Source: a virus (taxonomy: Duplodnaviria; Caudoviricetes). Taken from it: a stretch of DNA of 30,136 bases. Below, in pieces: positions 24,813 to 30,136 of the stretch (position 1 is the stretch's first letter; each line of letters starts with the position of its first letter). The notes beneath the pieces are model-generated. The model was not told where the DNA came from. It made no database searches and saw nothing but the letters and a program-made list of their open reading frames with translations. The stretch covers positions 1 through 30,136 of the IMG/VR virus record IMGVR_UViG_3300020045_002073, one strand, 5' to 3'. Made by a program: the position numbers and the translations under genes.

Positions 24813-26030
24813 ATGGAATTAAGACAGTACCAAATAGAAATAGCTAATAAAGCAAATGAAATATTAAAAGAATTAAATATAGTTTATCTATGTTGTGAGG
24901 TTAGAACTGGAAAAACTTTAATGGCTTTAGAAACTGCAAAATTATTCGGAGCTAACAAAGTTTTATTTTTAACTAAGAAAAAAGCGATTAACTCTATTTT
25001 AAGCGATTTTAAGGCTTTAAATTATAATTATGAACTAACTGTTGCAAATAATGAAAGTGTTCATTTAATCAAAGATAAATATGATTTAATCATAAGTGAC
25101 GAACATCACAGAAACGGAGCGTTCCCAAAACCAAACAAAACAACTAAGATAATTAAGGAAAAGTTTAGTAATTTACCTTTTATCTTTTTAAGTGGTACGC
25201 CAACACCTGAAAGTTATTCGCAAATATATCATCAGTTCTGGTTATCTAAACACACACCTTTTAAGAATTATATTAATTTTTATAAATGGGCAAAAGATTT
25301 TGTAAATGTTAAGCAAAAGCATTTAGGTTATGGTATAATAAATGATTATACAGATGCTAATCAGGAAAAAATAAAATCAATTACAGATAAGTATATGATT
25401 ACATTTACTCAGGAAGATGCGGGATTTAAAACTAATGTAAAAGAAATTATATTAGAGGTTGAAATGCACCCTATAATTTATAAAATAGCTAAAGAGTTAA
25501 AAAAAAATAATCTTTATCAAGGTAAAAATGATTTAATTTTAGCAGATACTGCAGTTAAGTTAATGAGTAAATTACATCAATTATACTCAGGAACTATTAT
25601 TTTAGAAAGTGGTAACGGTATTATTTTAGATGATTCTAAGTTAGTATTTATAAATGAAAATTTTAAAGATAATAAGATAGCTATATTTTATAAGTTTCAA
25701 CAGGAACTTGAAATGATTAAATTATTTTATCAGGATAATATTTGTTTTGATTTAGAAACATTTGATAGTACAAATAAAAATATAGCATTACAAATAGTGT
25801 CAGGACGTGAGGGAATTAGTTTAAAAAATGCAGACTATTTAATTTATTTAACCCCTGATTTTTCTGCCACTTCTTACTGGCAGTCACGTGACAGATTAAC
25901 TACAATGGACAGAAAAGAAAACAATATATTTTGGATTTTTGCAAAAGGAGGTATTGAATCCTATATTTATAAATCAATAATGGCAAAGAAAAATTATACA
26001 CTATCACAATTTAAAAAAGATATAAAATGA
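24813..26030 (+). CDS. Superfamily 2 (SNF2-like) helicase
   Basis: ATG at 24813 preferred. RTGKT, DEHH, LSGTP, SGREGISL and QSRDR motifs. Confidence 0.88.
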   Translation: MELRQYQIEIANKANEILKELNIVYLCCEVRTGKTLMALETAKLFGANKVLFLTKKKAINSILSDFKALNYNYELTVANNESVHLIKDKYDLIISDEHHRNGAFPKPNKTTKIIKEKFSNLPFIFLSGTPTPESYSQIYHQFWLSKHTPFKNYINFYKWAKDFVNVKQKHLGYGIINDYTDANQEKIKSITDKYMITFTQEDAGFKTNVKEIILEVEMHPIIYKIAKELKKNNLYQGKNDLILADTAVKLMSKLHQLYSGTIILESGNGIILDDSKLVFINENFKDNKIAIFYKFQQELEMIKLFYQDNICFDLETFDSTNKNIALQIVSGREGISLKNADYLIYLTPDFSATSYWQSRDRLTTMDRKENNIFWIFAKGGIESYIYKSIMAKKNYTLSQFKKDIK

Positions 26031-26284
26031 AAGAATCACAAATACAATCAAAAATAATTAAAAGATTAGAAAAAGAGGGCTGGGAAGTAATTAAATTAAT
26101 ACGTACTTCTATGATAGGTATTCCAGATTTAATGGCTTTAAAGGATGGTAAATGTAAGTTTATAGAAGTAAAACAAACTATTGGCATATTATCAGAAATT
26201 CAAAAACTAAGGATTAAACAACTAAAAAGCAGAGGGTTTGAAGTATTAGTTTGGACTGATTTTGAAACAGAATTTAAAAGTTAA
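26027..26284 (+). CDS. VRR-NUC domain nuclease
   Basis: ESQIQ..I, GIPDL, FIEVK and LSEIQ motifs. Confidence 0.88.
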   Translation: MKESQIQSKIIKRLEKEGWEVIKLIRTSMIGIPDLMALKDGKCKFIEVKQTIGILSEIQKLRIKQLKSRGFEVLVWTDFETEFKS

Positions 26285-26286
26285 CT

Positions 26287-26358
26287 ATTTAGAATAATTA
26301 TAAATAACATTTATTTTATATCATTTTGTTGTATATCTAAAATTAAGTTGTAGATTTG
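26287..26358 (+). promoter_or_regulatory. Early promoter cassette 3
   Basis: ATTTAGAATAATTATAAAT (26287-26305), ATCATTTTGTTGTA (26320-26333), TAGATTTG (26351-26358). Confidence 0.8.
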
Positions 26359-26391
26359 TACTCAGATAACAACAATAAAAAAATAGAAATT

Positions 26392-26580
26392 ATGACAATA
26401 TTTAAGTACGAAATAATCGACATTCAAGAATGGAATAATAACAAAGAATCTCATAATTCTTTTCACAAAACATTGAAAGAAGCTGAAAAAACATTAATAC
26501 GTTGTGAAAAATCAAACCTGGAAAGTTTAAAAAGAACAAAAGAAAAATTAGGAAATAGATATAGAATACAATCCATTTAA
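26392..26580 (+). CDS. Hypothetical protein
   Basis: ATG at 26392 lies within the AAATAGAAATTATG motif. Confidence 0.7.
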   Translation: MTIFKYEIIDIQEWNNNKESHNSFHKTLKEAEKTLIRCEKSNLESLKRTKEKLGNRYRIQSI

Positions 26581-26643
26581 TTAGGGTTTGTTTAATTTAA
26601 TAAACATTAAAAAATACAGATAAAATAAAATTATATAGAAATT

Positions 26644-26721
26644 ATGAAAAAATTAGAAAAACTTTGGGATTTTATATCCTTTGTATTATGTGGGAATAAA
26701 AAAAACTTATTTAAATATTAA
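26644..26721 (+). CDS. Tiny hypothetical peptide (25 aa)
   Basis: MKKLEKLWDFISFVLCGNKKNLFKY*, starting in the ATAGAAATTATG motif. Confidence 0.4.
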   Translation: MKKLEKLWDFISFVLCGNKKNLFKY

Positions 26722-26725
26722 AGTT

Positions 26726-26998
26726 ATGAGCAAATTTAAAGGAACAAAAGGGGAGTGGAAATTTATTAGAAATAAAAATAATTTTGAGATTGAAACATTT
26801 GGAATTAGTAATTGGATTATAGCTAAAACAATAACAAATGCAGGGCAAGACGAAGCCAACGCAAAATTAATAGCTTGTGCGCCTGAAATGTTGGAAATGT
26901 TGTTAACCGTTAGAAATGTAATTTCAAATGGTGAGGCTAATGATAAACATGAAATAGTTTCAGAACTTTATGAACTAATTAAAAAAGCAACATCATGA
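26726..26998 (+). CDS. Hypothetical protein (ANA.LIA.APE family)
   Basis: FKGTKGEW...EANAKLIACAPEMLEML, a widespread phage motif. ATG at 26726. Confidence 0.75.
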   Translation: MSKFKGTKGEWKFIRNKNNFEIETFGISNWIIAKTITNAGQDEANAKLIACAPEMLEMLLTVRNVISNGEANDKHEIVSELYELIKKATS

Positions 26999-27147
26999 AT
27001 AACGAATTTTTATTAATCGGAGTGTTATTGTTATCACTTATTGTATTTGTACTTTGTATAGCATTGTATATAGCTATCTCGGTAGGTATGGAACTTAGTG
27101 AGGAATTAGATTTTGAAAAAAGTTTAAGAGATTGGAAAGATGAATAA
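26995..27147 (+). CDS. Small single-TM protein (50 aa)
   Basis: MNNEFLLIGVLLLSLIVFVLCIALYIAISVGMELSEELDFEKSLRDWKDE*, overlapping both neighbours. Confidence 0.6.
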   Translation: MNNEFLLIGVLLLSLIVFVLCIALYIAISVGMELSEELDFEKSLRDWKDE

Positions 27148-27370
27148 ACTTTATAACGTCGACCAGATAGCTACACAATTAAACATTAGTGTAAAAGCAG
27201 TCAGAAATAAGATTTATAAAATAGGCTTAAAAAAAGTTAAGACTAAAGACAAAAGAGCCTTATATAATGAAAATCAGATTGAATCTTTGAGTATGGATAA
27301 TTGCAAATATTATCCTTTAAAAACAACAGTAATATATTATATTTACGAATCTAAAATGAATAAATTATGA
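27140..27370 (+). CDS. Helix-turn-helix DNA-binding protein
   Basis: LYNVDQIATQLNISVKAVRNKI...LYNENQI (MerR/Xis-like). Confidence 0.7.
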   Translation: MNKLYNVDQIATQLNISVKAVRNKIYKIGLKKVKTKDKRALYNENQIESLSMDNCKYYPLKTTVIYYIYESKMNKL

Positions 27371-27747
27371 AATTAGAATTAAAACATTTAGCAGGTTATT
27401 TGCCTTATGGGTTGGAAGTATATCACAAAACTTGGATACAAGCACTAATAATGGATTGTTCTGGCGCTACTATTGATAGTATATCAATTTTAGATGTAGC
27501 AGAATATTCTAAACCAATCCTACGTCCACTTTCAGACCTTACAAAAGAGATTGAAGTAAATGGTGAAAAGTTTGTGCCTAAGGATATTATAGAGGAATTA
27601 CATTCAAGCGAATGTATAAGATGGATTTTATGCAATGATATTTATGAATGCAAATATCATGTAATTGAAAAACTTTTAGAATGGCATTTTGATATTTACG
27701 GATTAATTGAAAATAATTTAGCAATCGATAAAAACACAATATTATGA
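27367..27747 (+). CDS. Hypothetical protein
   Basis: YLPYGL...KPILRPLSDL...WHFDIYGLI pattern of Bacteroidota phages. Confidence 0.75.
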   Translation: MKLELKHLAGYLPYGLEVYHKTWIQALIMDCSGATIDSISILDVAEYSKPILRPLSDLTKEIEVNGEKFVPKDIIEELHSSECIRWILCNDIYECKYHVIEKLLEWHFDIYGLIENNLAIDKNTIL

Positions 27748-28154
27748 GAAAAATAGCAATGAGATGCACGCAGGAACAGTTTGAAAGTATTAAGGATAGG
27801 ATTAAATATAAAGATATAGCAAGTTTTGGCGAATATCCTTATTTAACCAATCATAATTCTTCTTATAAAACAGGAACGATAACGAATACAAATGTTTTAT
27901 TTCTTTCAGAAGTTTACGAAACATTCGATGCCGAAATATTTTTAAAGGCTTGTGATAGCTGGGATGATGAAAAAACTTTTATGTCAAATGAATTGCAGTA
28001 TTGGGGAGATATTGCTGGTAAATGGATAGATTGTGATGGAAATAGTATTTATCGATTTAAACCACAACCAAACTACTCGAAAGAAATAGAATCCTTGCAA
28101 TTGAAAGCAAAAGAGAACGGGATGAAATGTGTAATTAATTTTGAGAAGATATGA
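27744..28154 (+). CDS. Hypothetical protein
   Basis: 136 aa with ATGA overlaps. Confidence 0.7.
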   Translation: MRKIAMRCTQEQFESIKDRIKYKDIASFGEYPYLTNHNSSYKTGTITNTNVLFLSEVYETFDAEIFLKACDSWDDEKTFMSNELQYWGDIAGKWIDCDGNSIYRFKPQPNYSKEIESLQLKAKENGMKCVINFEKI

Positions 28155-28561
28155 AACTAATATCAATGACAGATTTTGTGTTAAAGCAAAACAAAATTTT
28201 AAATAAATATATAAACTATGATAAAGGGTGTTTATTTGAAATAATTATATATTACGCCAACTTCCTAAAACAACCTTTAGAATTATGGATGTTTGTTCCT
28301 TGTGATGAAGATGGTAATGTACTGGAATTATCAAAACATTTATTTGCAGGTATTGAAAGTATAAATTACCAACAAGCAAAAGAAAGATGTTTGTTTGAGG
28401 GGTTTAATTTTTTAGAAAAAAACGAAAAATTATTTCATGTAGAGAATAAAAAAGAAGTATTTGGAGTTGGTTATAAAAATGGAATATTTAAAACAATAGA
28501 AGATTTAGTAAAATATGACATTGAACTAACAAAAACAGCAGAAAAACTAATCGGATTGTAA
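28151..28561 (+). CDS. Hypothetical protein
   Basis: 136 aa, YANFLKQPLELWMFVPCDEDGNVL. Confidence 0.7.
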   Translation: MKLISMTDFVLKQNKILNKYINYDKGCLFEIIIYYANFLKQPLELWMFVPCDEDGNVLELSKHLFAGIESINYQQAKERCLFEGFNFLEKNEKLFHVENKKEVFGVGYKNGIFKTIEDLVKYDIELTKTAEKLIGL

Positions 28562-28568
28562 TTTTTTG

Positions 28569-28627
28569 TATATTTGTAATTCATAATTTTGCCCCGTTGG
28601 AGTATTTATATTTTTGCGGGGTTTTTT
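28569..28627 (+). promoter_or_regulatory. TAnnTTTG promoter followed by a terminator-like hairpin upstream of terS
   Basis: TATATTTG at 28569-28576, then gccccgt...gcggggt and a T-run at 28591-28627. Confidence 0.55.
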
Positions 28628-28640
28628 AAAATATAATGTT

Positions 28641-29087
28641 ATGCACCCTACACGAATATTTAAAACACCTGACGAGTTAGAACACGCTTGGAAACTATAT
28701 AAAGAAGATTTATTAATTCAAGCTGCTGATTGGTTAAAAATTCAGTATGTTGGTAAAGAGGGGCAAAGAATGACAGATGCAATGAAACTACCATATACTA
28801 TGGATGGATTCGAAGTGTTTTGTTATAATAATTATGGATGTGTTGAACAATATTTTAAAAATCAAGACAATTATTATTCTGAGTTCATTCCTATCTGTTC
28901 GCATATCAAAAAAGAAATTCGCTCAAATCAAATTACAGGGGGGCTTTTAGGCGTATATAACCCATCAATTACGCAAAGGCTTAATAGTTTACAAGACACT
29001 ACAAAAACGGAGCTTACAGGCGATATTTCAGTACAAAACCCATCTTCAATAAGTGTGCGTATAATTAGAAACAATGACGAAGAGTAA
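28641..29087 (+). CDS. terS: Terminase small subunit
   Basis: RIFKTPDEL..AW..Y, PYTMDGF and GGLLGVYNPSITQRL (DNA-packaging gp3-like). Overlaps terL. ATG at 28641 preferred. Confidence 0.8.
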   Translation: MHPTRIFKTPDELEHAWKLYKEDLLIQAADWLKIQYVGKEGQRMTDAMKLPYTMDGFEVFCYNNYGCVEQYFKNQDNYYSEFIPICSHIKKEIRSNQITGGLLGVYNPSITQRLNSLQDTTKTELTGDISVQNPSSISVRIIRNNDEE

Positions 29088-30136
29088 TGAGATAGAATTT
29101 TTAGCAACAAAAGTTTTTGAGGACATTTGGAACGCTTCTCAATCTAAAAACTATAAACTTATAGTAGAGGAAGGTAGTTCCAGAAGTTCTAAGACTTGGA
29201 GTAACTTTCAAAACTTATTCTTAGATTTATTTGAAAATCCATTAACAACTTGCACTATACTTCGAGATACTCAAAAATCATGCAGGGAAATTGTAGAGAT
29301 TGACTGGGTTAAATGGTTGTCCGACCCAATGGGTAGAAAAAAACAATTAGAAAAAAAAGAAATATCTGTTTTTGAATTTGACGCTTTAATTAAAAAAGAA
29401 AATCTAACTAAGTATTTTTTACGTAATAAAACGAATCATACTTGGACTTTTTTACATAATAATTCTTTTATTAGGTTTACTGGATTAGATGATGAAGATG
29501 ATGCAATGGGTATGACTCAAGATATCTGTTGGATAAATGAACCATATAAATTTTCGCATGAGGTTTACAAACAACTTTCGCAAAGAACATCAAAGTATAT
29601 TTTATTCGATTGGAATCCAAAACAAACACACTGGGTAAATGAGGAAAAACGTAAAGAAAATACAATTACTTTATTTTCTACATTTGAGGACAATCCATTT
29701 TGTCCCGAAGAATCAAGGATACACATACAATCATATCAACCAATTAGCCATTCTTTTATAAAAGATAAAGATTATAATATAGAACTTAACGAAAATAATT
29801 ATACTAAAAAGCAATTAAACGAGTTAAAACGTTGCATTTACAACGAAAGTGTCGGGAGTGCTTCTTTGTATCATTGGTTAGTTTTTGGATTAGGTCAAAA
29901 ATCAGAAAAACCAAATCGAATTTTTAAAGGTTGGGAAATATTAAGTAATGCAGATTTTGAAAAATTACCGTATCAAAGTTATTATGGATTAGATTATGGT
30001 TTAAGTGCGCCAAGTGCATTAGTTGAAATGAAGTTTGACGGTGATGAAAATTATTTCTTTAGAGAAATTTTATATAAACCTTTAAATGATATTAAAGGAA
30101 GTTTATCAGACGAATTTGAGCGTTTAAATATTCCTA
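29074..30136 (+). CDS. terL: Terminase large subunit (PBSX-like), truncated by the window end
   Basis: Open to the window end. EGSSRSSKT (Walker A), ICWINE (Walker B), DWNP, STFEDNPF and YGLDYG (nuclease). Confidence 0.9.
   Translation, partial: MTKSNEIEFLATKVFEDIWNASQSKNYKLIVEEGSSRSSKTWSNFQNLFLDLFENPLTTCTILRDTQKSCREIVEIDWVKWLSDPMGRKKQLEKKEISVFEFDALIKKENLTKYFLRNKTNHTWTFLHNNSFIRFTGLDDEDDAMGMTQDICWINEPYKFSHEVYKQLSQRTSKYILFDWNPKQTHWVNEEKRKENTITLFSTFEDNPFCPEESRIHIQSYQPISHSFIKDKDYNIELNENNYTKKQLNELKRCIYNESVGSASLYHWLVFGLGQKSEKPNRIFKGWEILSNADFEKLPYQSYYGLDYGLSAPSALVEMKFDGDENYFFREILYKPLNDIKGSLSDEFERLNIP

Overview
Most of an AT-rich tailed dsDNA phage genome, probably a siphovirus of a Flavobacteriia/Bacteroidota host. 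The host call rests on TAnnTTTG promoters, A-rich non-Shine-Dalgarno starts and a DUF3127 SSB. Bases 1-13071 hold virion genes: tail proteins, tape measure, XkdF-like prohead protease/scaffold, major capsid, two tail-tube-like paralogues, a portal with a C-terminal extension, an adaptor and a beta-helix tailspike. Bases 13090-14898 are the lysis module (membrane proteins, GH19 endolysin, unimolecular-spanin-like lipoprotein). A three-gene leftward operon follows at 14901-15419. Bases 15568-28561 carry early and replication genes (Sak recombinase, SSB, two DNA methyltransferases, metallophosphoesterase, primase-helicase, SF2 helicase, VRR-NUC, many small ORFs), and 28641-end carries the terminase subunits. 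No integrase, tRNA, CRISPR array or reverse transcriptase was seen. The most interesting signals are non-coding: (1) three early promoters sharing a 19-bp palindromic box that resembles a Flavobacteriales Fur box, at helically phased distances; (2) an in-frame A_AAA_AAG slippery site that would truncate the portal at its domain boundary; (3) a pseudoknot/attenuator leader before the primase; (4) a symmetric iteron-bearing origin; (5) 21-bp direct repeats flanking early gene cassettes; (6) a TAACAA-N15-GTT ECF-like promoter class, one copy of which precedes a double-hairpin sRNA candidate. All family calls come from recognising motifs by eye, not from database searches.
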